Shown: in pieces, positions 11,147-22,162 of the stretch
How the letters are laid out: the number at the start of each line of letters is the position of its first letter
Numbering within the stretch: the stretch's first letter is position 1
Assembly (NCBI GenBank): GCA_963745835.1
Contig: CAVUZH010000003.1
Span: 800,001-864,000 of the forward strand
From: an uncultured delta proteobacterium
Lineage (GTDB): Bacteria > Desulfobacterota > Binatia > UBA9968
Reading direction: 5' to 3'
Length of the DNA stretch: 64,000 nt
Made by a program: the position numbers and the translations under genes
The notes under the pieces: model-generated
Database searches by the model: none
What the model saw: only the letters and a program-made list of their open reading frames with translations
What the model was told of the DNA's origin: nothing

Positions 11147-12687
11147 ATGTCTCATAAGGAATTGGTTAATCCAGACGTGCAACTGGATGACCTTGATAGT
11201 TCGGCAATGATGGACGATTTTGCCGCCAGCACCACAATTACTTTCGAGTCTTGTATAGATGCGGCGCAAATTAGGTATCAGCAAGCTCGCCGGCACCACT
11301 GGAATAAGGTTGCACGTGAACTCGAAAGCTGGACGGGTTGGGGAGGCTATTACCATCGACGCCTGATTCAAATTTACCAATCTCTCGTGGCGCCGGGACA
11401 GTCGGTTCTCGAACTCGGTTGTGGGCGGGGCGATTTGTTGGCGGCGCTAAAGCCGGCAACAGGTGTTGGAGTGGATTTTTCAGAAGAGATGATTCGCGCG
11501 GCAAGACAGAGGCACCCCCATCTCAGGTTCGTGCACGCGGACGCCCATGAGCTGCACCTAGGGAATGGGTTTGATGTAATAATACTGTCCGACTTGGTTA
11601 ACGACCTATGGGATGTCCAGACTGTTTTCCACCAAGTCAGACAACTCGCTGCACCCCGCGGCCGAATTATAATTAATGCTTATAGCCGTTTATGGGAACC
11701 TCTTTTAAAGGCGGCGCAGCGTCTGCATTTGGCCAAGCCGACTTTGTATCAAAACTGGCTTACGGTAGAGGACATAACTGGCCTGCTCAACCTTGCTGAT
11801 TGCGAGGTTATCAAACGGGGACAAGAGATTCTTTGGCCGCTTTCCACATTGCTCCTGTCCGACGTGTGCAATCGCTTTCTGGTCAAACTCTGGCCGTTCA
11901 GACATTTGGCCTTGACCAACATCGTCATAGCTAGGCCCCGGTCACAACCGAAGTATTCCGCTCAAACGGCCCTCTGTGTCAGTGATTGTTCCGGCCCGCA
12001 ATGAGGCGGGAAATATTGCCGATATATTCGCGCGCACGCCAGAAATGGGTGTAGGCACAGAACTAGTTTTTGTTGAAGGTCATTCACGAGACAACACGTA
12101 TGCTAGCGATCGAGGCAGCGATCGCTGCGCACCCAGAACGGTCTTGCCAATTGATGCGACAAGCGGGGATGGGTAAGGGTGACGCGGTCCGCTTGGGTTT
12201 TGCTCGGGCCCGCGGCGAAATGCTGATGATCCTCGATGCCGACCTGACCGTGCCGCCTGAGGATTTGCCGCGATTTTATGAAGCGCTTAGATCCGGCATG
12301 GGTGAATTTATAAATGGTGTTCGGCTGGTTTACCCAATGGAGAGAGAAGCGATGCGCTTTCTGAATCTGTTGGGCAATAAATTTTTTAGTCTGGCATTTT
12401 CTTGGCTTTTGGACCAGCCGATCAAAGACACCTTGTGCGGAACGAAGGTTTTATGGAAGCGAGACTATGAGGCCATTGCTGCCAATCGCAGTTACTTTGG
12501 TGACTTTGACCCTTTTGGCGACTTCGACCTAATTTTTGGTGCCGTAAAATTGAATTTGAAACTTACGGATTTGCCGATTCGATACCGTGAGCGCACGTAT
12601 GGCACAACGAATATTAATCGTTGGGCACACGGTTGGCTGCTGCTGAAAATGGTCACATTCGCGGCTAAGCGCCTTAAGTTTGTGTAA
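11147..12687 (+). CDS. SAM-methyltransferase-like / GT2 fusion protein, frameshifted
   Basis: VLELGCGRG in ORF 11147..12004, SVIVPARNEAGNI...VEGHSRD in 11976..12176, and ILDADLTVPPE...DTLCGTK...DPFGDFDL in 12070..12687. Confidence 0.85.
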
Positions 12688-12706
12688 ATTCGTCGTAGCA
12701 CTGACT

Positions 12707-12740
12707 ATGTGTGGAATAGCTGGAATTCTTTATCTAATGA
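12707..12740 (+). pseudogene. asnB-like N-terminal stub (MCGIAGILY)
   Basis: An Ntn-amidotransferase-type start peptide about 20 nt after the previous stop, with no continuation downstream. Confidence 0.5.
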
Positions 12741-13059
12741 TGGTGGCCGCGCTACAGCTAGGATCTCTTCGTGTCGTGCGAGTGAGCCGGGCGACAACTG
12801 ACTGCTTGCCGCAATCGATGGATTCTAAATTATCTTCGGCCAGCGCAGTTCCGCTTGCTGCCCGGAGCCTTTTCAATTGGGGGATTTGATTTAGCGGTCA
12901 TGGTGATGCAGCTCAACTTAAGTGCTGCTGCTTCCTATCCAGAGTGATTGTTGTCCGAGGCATCCAGAAGATCGCGTTCCGCACGCGCAATGGCAGCATA
13001 TGATTACAATAATCGTGACGCTTTTCGTCGGACCGGATACCCTCGCGTTGAAAATTGAC

Positions 13060-14637
13060 ATGGATTCACAGAGTCTCGTGACGATAACTGGGAACACAGC
13101 TGCCCAATCGGCAAGCTCAGTCGCAGCGGGCGCTGAGCAGACCTGGCATCGCCATGTCGTTGCATTATTACCCATCGCCGCGCTGTATCTGGTACTTGGT
13201 TTTTATCAGATTGACGACCAGAGCCTGTGGACCGACGAGGTCATCAGTGTTGAGCGTATCGCTTCCGGCGAGCCGATTAGTACACGGATAATATCCCAGT
13301 CTCCGCTTTATTTCTTTCTACTGGATCTGTGGGGAGAAACAGTAGGAATGACGGAATTTGCTTTACGTTCGTTGTCCGCACTGCTCGGACTTGCCGCGCT
13401 TGGTCTGACATATGCCATCGGGTTACTATTATTCAATCGTAGAACAGCTCTTATCGCAACCGTTCTGTTGGCAACGTCGCCATACTTCATCTGGTACGCT
13501 CAGGAAATCCGATATGTTACGCTGCTGCTCGTTACCTCGCTTGCAATGACGTATTCGTTTTACCGGGCGCTGACCTCACACGGTTCGCGTTGGTGGTGGC
13601 TGTATAGTGTTACTTCTGCCTTGGCTCTTTTTACTTTCTTGACCAGCGTTTTTTTAGTTTTGGCGCATGGATTGTACATTCTTTCCCGCGCTGCCTATCG
13701 TCCGTGCCTCAAGAGATGGGCTGCGAGCCAACTCATTATTGTTTCTGTGTTTGCGCTGTGGTTCGCGGCTCGAACGGCACATAGGTTTGAGGCAATTGTA
13801 TCAAATCGTCCGACCGTGGTGTCTAGTGAGCAGGTTCGTTCGCGGGAAACACTGCCCATCACCGACATACTGGGCACAATCCCCTACACTTTTTTCGCTT
13901 TCAGCGTTGGGTTCTCTATCGGACCATCACTCCAGGAGCTGCACGAGGCACGCTCCATTAATGCATTGCTAAATTATGGCCATATGCTCGTACCGGTGGC
14001 AGTGCTTTTTGCATCATTATTCGTAATTGGCCTAAACCGGCTGAGCCGACACAGCGATGCGGGCAGGTTTCTTTTCCTCTGGTTGGGAGTGCCGATCATC
14101 GGCGCATTCGCGGTCGCAAGCATGACGACTTACCATGTCTATAATACCCGGTATGTAGCACTCGCGTTACCCGCCTATTTGATAATCCTGGCAATCGGGC
14201 TCGCTAGTATTCGCCGCGCACCGGTGCAGATTGCCTTGTTCGTCGGTTTACTTTTCGTCAACGGTATTTCGCTTTACAACTACTATTTCGACCATCGATA
14301 TGCCCGAGCAGATGCGCGGGCCGCCGCACAATACCTCGCATCGGCCGCTAAACCAGGCGACGTGATTTTGACTGTCGGGAACCCAATTGCTCTGCAGTAC
14401 TATTATGATGGAGGCCTGCCGATAGTTTCGTTGAACCCGAACCGAAACGAGCCGGAAGTCAGTGAGATGTTGCGGCAACTAGTGAGCCGGGATGATCGGC
14501 TGTGGCTCGTTGAAATCCGCCGCTGGGAGACTGATCCGAACGCGACCGTCAGGGCATTCCTCGACAGATCCGGTCGCCGCCGGGAGCGCAATGAGTTTCC
14601 CGGGGTCGACGTTTATTCGTATGCTGTGTCCGGTTAG
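13060..14637 (+). CDS. GT-C (GT39/GT83, PMT/ArnT-like) membrane glycosyltransferase
   Basis: QSLWTDE, PLYFFLL, EFALRSLS, YAQEIRY and a C-terminal periplasmic domain. Start taken at ATG 13060. Confidence 0.85.
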   Translation: MDSQSLVTITGNTAAQSASSVAAGAEQTWHRHVVALLPIAALYLVLGFYQIDDQSLWTDEVISVERIASGEPISTRIISQSPLYFFLLDLWGETVGMTEFALRSLSALLGLAALGLTYAIGLLLFNRRTALIATVLLATSPYFIWYAQEIRYVTLLLVTSLAMTYSFYRALTSHGSRWWWLYSVTSALALFTFLTSVFLVLAHGLYILSRAAYRPCLKRWAASQLIIVSVFALWFAARTAHRFEAIVSNRPTVVSSEQVRSRETLPITDILGTIPYTFFAFSVGFSIGPSLQELHEARSINALLNYGHMLVPVAVLFASLFVIGLNRLSRHSDAGRFLFLWLGVPIIGAFAVASMTTYHVYNTRYVALALPAYLIILAIGLASIRRAPVQIALFVGLLFVNGISLYNYYFDHRYARADARAAAQYLASAAKPGDVILTVGNPIALQYYYDGGLPIVSLNPNRNEPEVSEMLRQLVSRDDRLWLVEIRRWETDPNATVRAFLDRSGRRRERNEFPGVDVYSYAVSG

Positions 14638-14673
14638 CTAGTCCCGGCAAGTATCCCCACCTGGAAATCAATA

Positions 14674-16256
14674 ATGACGCGCCGCGGAGCTACTATCCTT
14701 GGGCTTCTGTACGGTGGGTATCTCGTCGTTGCAACCTTCTATCCGTTCGATGTCTCTCGCGGCGCATCGCAAGGGTTCAGTCAAAATTTTTTTGGGCTCT
14801 GAACGCGACAGACTTCACCCTTAATGTTTTGCTTTTCATTCCACTCGGTATTCTTTTGTACCTCGGTCTTGCGCTGAATCGTTCCAAACCTTGGACAATT
14901 TTACTAACAACCGTAGTTGCGGCGGCTATCAGCCTTCTTATCGAATTATTTCAAGTCTATTTTTCCCGGAATCCTTCCGGATATGACGTCATTTCTAATA
15001 CGCTCGGCGCGGGGTGCGGCGCCTTACTGAGCGCCTTGTTGCCGTCGCGATGTATCGGTCTGATCGCGCGTCTCTGGCACACCGCCACGCGATCGTGGGT
15101 TGCCGTCTTGGTCGCGGTGCTGCTGGGAGCAGCGCCGATGCTGCTCTCGCTCGTTCAGTTGTTCCAGCCCTTCGGCGTCTGGAATTCCCGCTTTACTTTC
15201 CAAATCGGCAACGAAGCTACACTCGACCGGCCATGGGCCGGTGAAGTGCATGTCGTGGCGCTCTACAGTCGCGCGCTATCGGCGGACGAGATTACGGACA
15301 ACTTCCTTGAAGGCTCGACCGCAAAGACCCGCTTCCCTGAAGGTTTGGTGTCCCTGTACACCTTCAGCGAAGGCAAGGACCAGTGGTGTATGACCGATCA
15401 GGAGTTGAACCGCAGCTGGACTTGTCATCGCGCCCGAAGGTCACGTCCGCTGGCATCACTCCCGCAATGGCATTGACATCATAAAGCCCGCAATCATTCG
15501 GAGTTCTAGCCAGCAACTAAGTTGGTCACGGCCGCGAAAGCATCTAACGAGCTGTCGATCGAGGTTTGGATGACGCCTAGTAACACCGCGCAAACAGGCC
15601 CTGCGCGCATCGTTTCGTTTTCTGCGGACGCGGGGGCGCGGAATTTCACGCTTGGCCAGGAGGGTTCGAAGATCGAATTTCGCCTCCGCACACCGATCAC
15701 TGGCCGTAATGGAATACCGCTCGCGGTCAAGAGCTCAGACGAGATATCGACGCTTGAGAAGTCTCACGTGGTCGCCACTTATAAAAAAGGCGTTGAAAGA
15801 CTGTATGTCAATGGAAAGCAACAGGCGGAGGTTCTCAATTTGACGCGAGACGGGATTATCGCATTTGGAACGAGAAGGACGCCGGTAACTGCAGCGGCTT
15901 ATTCGTTTTTCTATTTCTTCCCCGTAAGTTTCTTGTCCGTAACTTTTTTATTGGCACACGCTAAGATATTGATGGCGGTGTTATCATCTGTCGTGATTGG
16001 CGCAGGATTGGCAGTGCTTACCGAAACGTTTCCAGACCTTGGCCTTTTCGAGGAACACCGATATCTGGCTTTTATTCTTTGGTCTTGTTATGCCCGCCAT
16101 GGGAGCGGTAAGCGGCCGGATCTCAGCTACAGGCGAGCGTCTGTAGTCTTTGGTTTGGGACGACTGCGCATGAATAGAATGCTACAAGACGAGTCTTCCA
16201 AGCTTCGCGCATCAGTTTTTCTCACGGCGCTTCTTGTGTGGGAGCGTTTATATTGA
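14674..16256 (+). CDS. VanZ-like / LamG (ConA-like) domain membrane protein, several frameshifts
   Basis: MTRRGATILGLLY...ATFYPF, then the VanZ-like NVLLFIPLG...IELFQVYF...DVISNTLG, then LamG motifs (VALYSRALS; IEVWMTP...ARIVSFS...HVVATY...LYVNG) and a hydrophobic C-terminus. The 3' end is uncertain. Confidence 0.75.
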
Positions 16257-16351
16257 CGCTTTAGGACGATTACTATTTTCCGGACTCCTTGGAATATTCC
16301 CCGGCCGCTGTTCGGTTGAGGGCGAATCAATCTGGAGCTGTTGAGCTTGAT

Positions 16352-17581
16352 ATGAAATACTTGGTTGGTGTCATGCTGCGTGATTGGCGCTGGATGCTGC
16401 TGGGGATTTTTGTCACAGCTTTTCTTCTCCGTGTAACGTTTACTTTAACTCTCCAGGAGGGTTTTTATTTTCCTGACTCGATCGATTACTCCAACGCCGC
16501 CGTCAACATCCTACAGCATGGTGAGTTCGGTGAAAACTATAATCGGCCACCCGGGTACCCGATATTTCTTGCCGCGATTTATTCTCTATTCGGTGAGAAC
16601 ATTGTCGGGATACGATTGGTTGAGAGCTTTATTAGTGCTTTGCTTGCCGTCATTATCGCACTGATAGGAAAGCGAATCGGAGGAGACGTAGCTGGAGCGT
16701 TAGCGGGTCTTCTGTGGAGCATCTATCCCCTCGGTATATTTATCGCCGGCCTCGTTTACCCGACTAATCTTCTTGCGATGCTTTTGGCCTGTGGCGTACT
16801 GTGTTTGTTGCCTTCATCACAAAAAGAGCTTTCGACTCAACGCGTTTTTCTTGCTGGCTTATTCTGGGGAGTGGCGACGCTGACAATACCCATCGTATTG
16901 GCGACCCTTTCGGCAACTGCCGTGTGGCTTATACTAATGGTTCGGGCGAAACGGCTTGTGCTCGTCTTTGTTCTTTTAGTTGGAGCAGCGCTAACAATTG
17001 TCCCATGGACCATTCGCGATTTTTACGTCTATGACCAAATAGTGCCAGTAGAACCTCGAGTAATCGAGCATCTTCCCCGTATTCGTACTGGTGCAGAAAA
17101 TGTCCCAGGTGGAATGATTCTAAAGCATCCCAGCCTGTTCGTTAGTCATTTTGTCGGTGAATTCTTTCATTTCTGGAAACTGTACCCTGACCGAATTACC
17201 ATGGACAAACCAGGATTCAGAGAACAGCAGCACGAAAAAGATGGCCGGGTGGTAAAAAACACGGTCTTCAGTGCGGGTAATTTAATAAAAGCGGTAAGCA
17301 TTTTGACTACCGGCCCGATCTTTGTTTTCGCCATCATCGGCACTGTTGCGATTTGGTTTCAGCGCCAGCGTCGGCGTGATCTCTTGTTGTTGTGGGCGGT
17401 GATTTTGTCCTTTGCAGTTGGCTACTCAGCCTTTTACACGAAGACACGTCACCGCATTCCGATCGAACCGTACCTGGTTATTCTAAGCGCTTATGGGCTA
17501 AAAAGGTGCTGGGATCTGCTGGCGTGTCGTGTTTGTCACGACATTCGGGGCAGGCCGCAAGCAGAGTTTAGAAATAAGTGA
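16352..17581 (+). CDS. GT-C (ArnT/PMT-like) membrane glycosyltransferase
   Basis: FPDSIDY, RPPGYPIFLA, PWTIRDF and RHRIPIEP motifs; more than 10 TM helices. Confidence 0.8.
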   Translation: MKYLVGVMLRDWRWMLLGIFVTAFLLRVTFTLTLQEGFYFPDSIDYSNAAVNILQHGEFGENYNRPPGYPIFLAAIYSLFGENIVGIRLVESFISALLAVIIALIGKRIGGDVAGALAGLLWSIYPLGIFIAGLVYPTNLLAMLLACGVLCLLPSSQKELSTQRVFLAGLFWGVATLTIPIVLATLSATAVWLILMVRAKRLVLVFVLLVGAALTIVPWTIRDFYVYDQIVPVEPRVIEHLPRIRTGAENVPGGMILKHPSLFVSHFVGEFFHFWKLYPDRITMDKPGFREQQHEKDGRVVKNTVFSAGNLIKAVSILTTGPIFVFAIIGTVAIWFQRQRRRDLLLLWAVILSFAVGYSAFYTKTRHRIPIEPYLVILSAYGLKRCWDLLACRVCHDIRGRPQAEFRNK

Positions 17582-17603
17582 GATAGAATAAAGGGGAAGG
17601 ACA

Positions 17604-18290
17604 GTGGCAAAAGCGGCGTTAATAACTGGCATCACAGGACAGGACGCTTATCAGCTGAATGTTATCTCGCGATCACTGTTTGTATATACAGAGTCTATGG
17701 GCTGATCGCAAGTCGATATCCTTTAGAAACCCGAATGACCTCATATATCTAGCAAGATCCAATCTTACGTGTTCATTATCTGCCGGCTGAGGACCTTTCT
17801 CTACTCGGTACAGGGATATTCATGTCGCAACGTTATGGGCCTTGATGGCCGATCGAGCTCGAAAATTTCAATGTGTTGCTGTACGACAGGAGCTCGAAAC
17901 GACCAATATATCTATCAAGATCCACACGGGGACACCAAAATTAAACCACGCCTCAAGACTTGTCTACGGCGATCTTAACGAGCTAGTAAATAAAATCTTC
18001 AAGCGACACGTACAGCCGTACAGTCAGAAGAGGATCTTACACAACTCATCTGTGATCGAGTTATAGTGAAGTTGTGAGCAACGTCCCATTGGAATTATCC
18101 GACTTCAAAGATTATCGGCTTGGTACATTAAAGGCTTACTGGAGGCCGAAATTACGTCGATAGGGCGCTAGACACAATTGTTCCTTTCGACATGCTGGAA
18201 GGGGCCTATCATCGTTTTTCTCATGGTTGGGCGAAGATATATCAGCCTAGGTTCTATCATCCAGGCAGCTCATCAAGCGAGCGTATATAG
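17604..18290 (+). pseudogene. gmd: GDP-mannose 4,6-dehydratase fragments (copy 1, scrambled)
   Basis: GTG start after an RBS-like run, then AKAALITGITGQD. IYQDPH and RLVYGDLN...VQP occur near 17905-18020, and a scrambled RFY/QASSS-like piece near 18245-18280. Confidence 0.65.
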
Positions 18291-18299
18291 GGTACCTCA

Positions 18300-19700
18300 T
18301 GCTTTCAGGAGGACTGCCACAAACTGAAACCGATTTCTCCCTTTAAGCTGTCCGATCCCCTCTCTGCGCTGACAAATATAATTCTCATCTCCAGAATACT
18401 GAGCGTATTCATGGGAGTAGGGATTGTATTGCTGGTCTATCTCACCGTTTGTAGAGCTATTTGATCGGCAGTCGGCGCTTTTCTCAGCGCTCATCGTTAC
18501 ATTCTCTTATCCATTCATTTACTACGCTCACAACGCGAATGCTGATATTCCTTATCTCTTTTGGGCTTTTTTGGCGGTGTACTATTTTGTGCGGCTCCTT
18601 AAGATTTATCACCTGAGGCATTACGTTCTTTTTACGTTGTTCGGTAACTATCGCTATTTGTACTAAGGATCAAGCCTATGGTCTATTTCTTCTTTCACCG
18701 CTAGCTACTCTGAACAAGATTACTAAATCGCGACATACAGCCAAGGACGATGATTTATAACCTCGGCGGGCTCGAAGATGTCATGTAGCATGGTAAGTTG
18801 CTTTCGCACGTTCTGTTTCCGCAACATATATTCTGGAGATTTTACAGGGTTTGTTAATCATGTAAGGCTGATTACGGGTGAGGGCTCCGTACGCGAGGCT
18901 AAGATTCAGCCTACGGTTCTCAGGCGATTGGAACTGTTATGGACAACGGTATCAGGAGTGTCCACAAACTGAACTGCACCACTTTTTGTGCTCAGCCTGA
19001 TCGGCTCGGTCTATTGTGCATTCAGTTTTACCCGGTATTCGCTCCCATTACTGTTTCTTGCAGGCTCGTACTATGTCACCTTTTTCAACGTTGTTCGGGT
19101 AATATCGCGGGCTTACGGTTTGTTTGCTTGCAACGGGATCATCATCGCGTTCTTTGGCGGGAAACTCCTTAGTGAAGTGTGGCAGCAGGGGCCGTGGCAA
19201 AAACTTCGAAGGGTCGCTATCTGTGTCGCCTACGCATATGCGGCTCTTTTCGCGGTTCAGTTGGATCTTTTTAATCACGAGAGACCCACGATACGAGGCG
19301 AAAGATTGGTTAGAAGAAAGATTGAAACGCGAGCAGCTACTCGTATCAGTCTCACCTAGTGACACCTTTTTTAAACATTACCCTCGCTTTCCTATATGGG
19401 TTAAGGTCCGGAGTAGTAAGCTTCAGTCGGGTACACAGTGGGAGATCCGGGAAACCGAGCATAAAATGTTGCCTAATCTGTACACAGGGAGAGAACCACC
19501 GGAGTACATTGTACTTAGCAAGTTTTCGTATGGTGGACTCCTGGCCCCCGAGGCAGAACACAGTGATGAAGCACGAGACGTGAAACATTTGTTAGAAGGC
19601 CGTAAAGATTACTCTCTGGCGGTCACATTCGAGACCCCCACCCTAGTACGGATTGAAGGACAAGCTATTAATCTGGAATGGAAATTTTCGCTCGATCTCA
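18300..19700 (+). pseudogene. Fragmented GT-C-like membrane protein
   Basis: Pieces ISRILSVFMG, LFDRQSALFSALIVTFSYPFIYYAHNANADIPYLFW, KDQAYGLF and RDPRYEAKDWLEE across several frames. Confidence 0.6.
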
Positions 19701-19753
19701 TCAATCTGCGATCGCGAGCGCTAGATCGATATTGGACAGAGGAAAGTAATGGG

Positions 19754-20256
19754 GTATTGATAACCGGTATCACAGGACAGGATGTTTCGTATCTGCCGAG
19801 TTCCTTCTCAGCCATGGATACAGGATTTACGGACTTCTTCGGGACGCGCTCAATTGAAACCAAGCAAGGAGAGATTGGGGTTACGCCCCTGAGTACGTCG
19901 AGGCCATGTGGCTGATGCTGCAACAACACGAGCCGAACGATTACGTGATCGCCACGGGGGAAACTCACTCCGTTAAGGAATTCGTTGAAGAATCTTTCCG
20001 ATTACTGGGCCTCGACTGGCGTAAGTACGTGAAGATCGATGAGCGATACATCCGTCCGACCGAAGTGGATCTCCTGCTCGGTGATTATTCCAAAGCCGAA
20101 ACGAAGCTGGGATGGAAGCCGAAAGTGAGTTTCAAGGAGCTGGTGCGAATCATGATTGAAGCGGATCTCGAGCTCGCGAAACGTGAGGCGCATATGAGTA
20201 AGTTTGACGAAAAGCTTGGCGGTTCCAAATTTGAGGTTTCTCCAAAGCCAGGCTGA
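19754..20256 (+). pseudogene. gmd: GDP-mannose 4,6-dehydratase (copy 2) with an apparent large internal deletion
   Basis: VLITGITGQDxSYL at 19754 lies only ~115 nt before [19 protein letters not shown]...[15 protein letters not shown]...[11 protein letters not shown]. Confidence 0.8.
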
Positions 20257-20952
20257 TTTTTCGGTCATTCAAGGATTTACGAAAACGGGTGATTGCGATG
20301 CCGCAATCCCAGGAACGCTGCGGAAAACTCCAACTCAGCTGCCAGATCTACATAGCTGAAGACCAAAACCATATGTCAGTGAGCTCGAATTTTCGATGTC
20401 GCTGAAGCCGGCCGTATAACGGTATTGACTGTTGAAAGTCGGCCGCTTCCGGCAAAAAAGACCGTAAGGGTCCGAAGCAAAGGGCCGTGGGCAAGCTTGC
20501 CCGGTGGTTGCTAGTGACAGTTTGTCTCCCAAATAAATTGCCGCGTGTTATCAATGGGCTCGACGATATTAGAGAGTCATCACGTGGCCTTAAAGTTGCT
20601 CACTCAGCTTAACCTCACCCTTAGAGCGGCTTTCCACGTCGGAGAATTTCGAAATCCATCGCGCATTGGCGCTATGTGAAGTGCTTGACGGGATGAAACT
20701 GAGAACGCTGTCGATGATGGGCGGAGCCGCGTCTATGGCCCGTCGCCTTTTTTCCGCATGCGAATGACTTTTACAGCCCGTCCTCTCCGAATCATTATTA
20801 TTACAGAGAACCCCCAGCGACGCGAAAATTATCTCGTGCAAACGCGCTAAGCTCGCGGCCTAAGAAAAGGTTTCTCAGCCTTCAGGTTCAGAGCAGGTTG
20901 AGCTCGAATCCACCTTGATTTTCGTCTTGACCGGCCATCTGACTCCCACAAC

Positions 20953-21936
20953 ATGAACAACCGAAAAACAATTTATCTTGGCATCCTAGTAAGCCTTGTT
21001 TTCATCTATTTCTCATTTACCGGCGTAAGTATCAGCCGGGTCTGGTTGAACATCGCGGCGCTCGACCCAAAATTTATCGCTGTCAGTGCGGTCTTGATCC
21101 TTGCAGAGTTCATGCTGCGGGCGTTTCGGTGGAAGTTTTTACTGAACCCGAACAGCAGGCCGAAAGTGAAGCAGTTGTTTTCCGTGTTGATGATTGGATA
21201 TTTCAGCAACAACATTATCCCCCTTAAAATGGGCGAGTTAGTCAGAGCTCAGCTTCTCGGGATGAATTATAACGTCAATAGAGTGCAAGCGCTTGCGACC
21301 ATTGTCGTTGAGAGAGCCTGTGATCTGCTGACACTACTTGCCATGTTTGGAATATGCGTTTTGCTTTACGACGTTTTTCCGCTCTGGATTAAACAAGGGG
21401 GAGCGCTGACAGCGGTTATGCTTGTAGGAGTATTGGTGGTCCTTTGGCTCTACCGTCAGAAGGCGAACATCATTATAGAGCGTGTACGGCAACGAAATAG
21501 TCGAATGTCAGAAACGCTCAGCTCGATAATGGATAATTTCGTCGTTGGGCTGGGTGTCCTGGGTGACCGCAAGACGTTGGTCATTGTGCTTGTCCTTAGT
21601 GTGGTGATTTGGGCGGTGGTGATTGCGTCGATCGACATGGTCTTGCTTTCTTTTTCTCTTGAACTATCGCTTTTTGCCCCAGTCTTTGTGGCGGTCATGG
21701 TCGGCCTGGGGATGCTGCTGCCTGCGCCGCCAGCAAATATTGGCGTTTATCAGGGATTTGCCATTCTAGCGCTGCTTCCTTTTGGTGTTGACAGAGAAGC
21801 CGCTCTGAGCTTCGCCTTGGTTCTACATTTCATAGAGCTCGCGATTACCACTTCCATCGGATTTGTCTGCTTAGTGCGAGAGGTCGGCTCTGTTCACGTT
21901 GGCATGATGAAACTGTGGCCAAGTGCGGCGAAGTAA
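20953..21936 (+). CDS. UPF0104 / LPG-synthase TM family protein (flippase-like) #2
   Basis: LRAFRW, NNIIPLKMGELVR, IVVERACD and PAPPANIGVY motifs. Confidence 0.9.
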   Translation: MNNRKTIYLGILVSLVFIYFSFTGVSISRVWLNIAALDPKFIAVSAVLILAEFMLRAFRWKFLLNPNSRPKVKQLFSVLMIGYFSNNIIPLKMGELVRAQLLGMNYNVNRVQALATIVVERACDLLTLLAMFGICVLLYDVFPLWIKQGGALTAVMLVGVLVVLWLYRQKANIIIERVRQRNSRMSETLSSIMDNFVVGLGVLGDRKTLVIVLVLSVVIWAVVIASIDMVLLSFSLELSLFAPVFVAVMVGLGMLLPAPPANIGVYQGFAILALLPFGVDREAALSFALVLHFIELAITTSIGFVCLVREVGSVHVGMMKLWPSAAK

Positions 21937-22162
21937 AAAGACCTTCAAAAAGGAAGAAGTGGATCTCGTTTGCGGCTTGCGCCCTAGCATAAAATGACTG
22001 TCGTGCTCTTCATCGTTGGATCCTCATCGGCACACTTCCCAGACTCGGATAAGAATGCCTCGCCAACGCGCAAGGGCAGCAAGCAACCTCTGCTCTTTGC
22101 GGCTAAGCGTCTTGGCATGATGATTAATTCTCTCCTGGGTTGAACTGTTTTTTATTCAACAC

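Noticed and set aside
22112-22128. TTGGCATGATGATTAAT as a sigma-54 promoter
   Set aside because: The -24 element is good but the -12 GC is missing.
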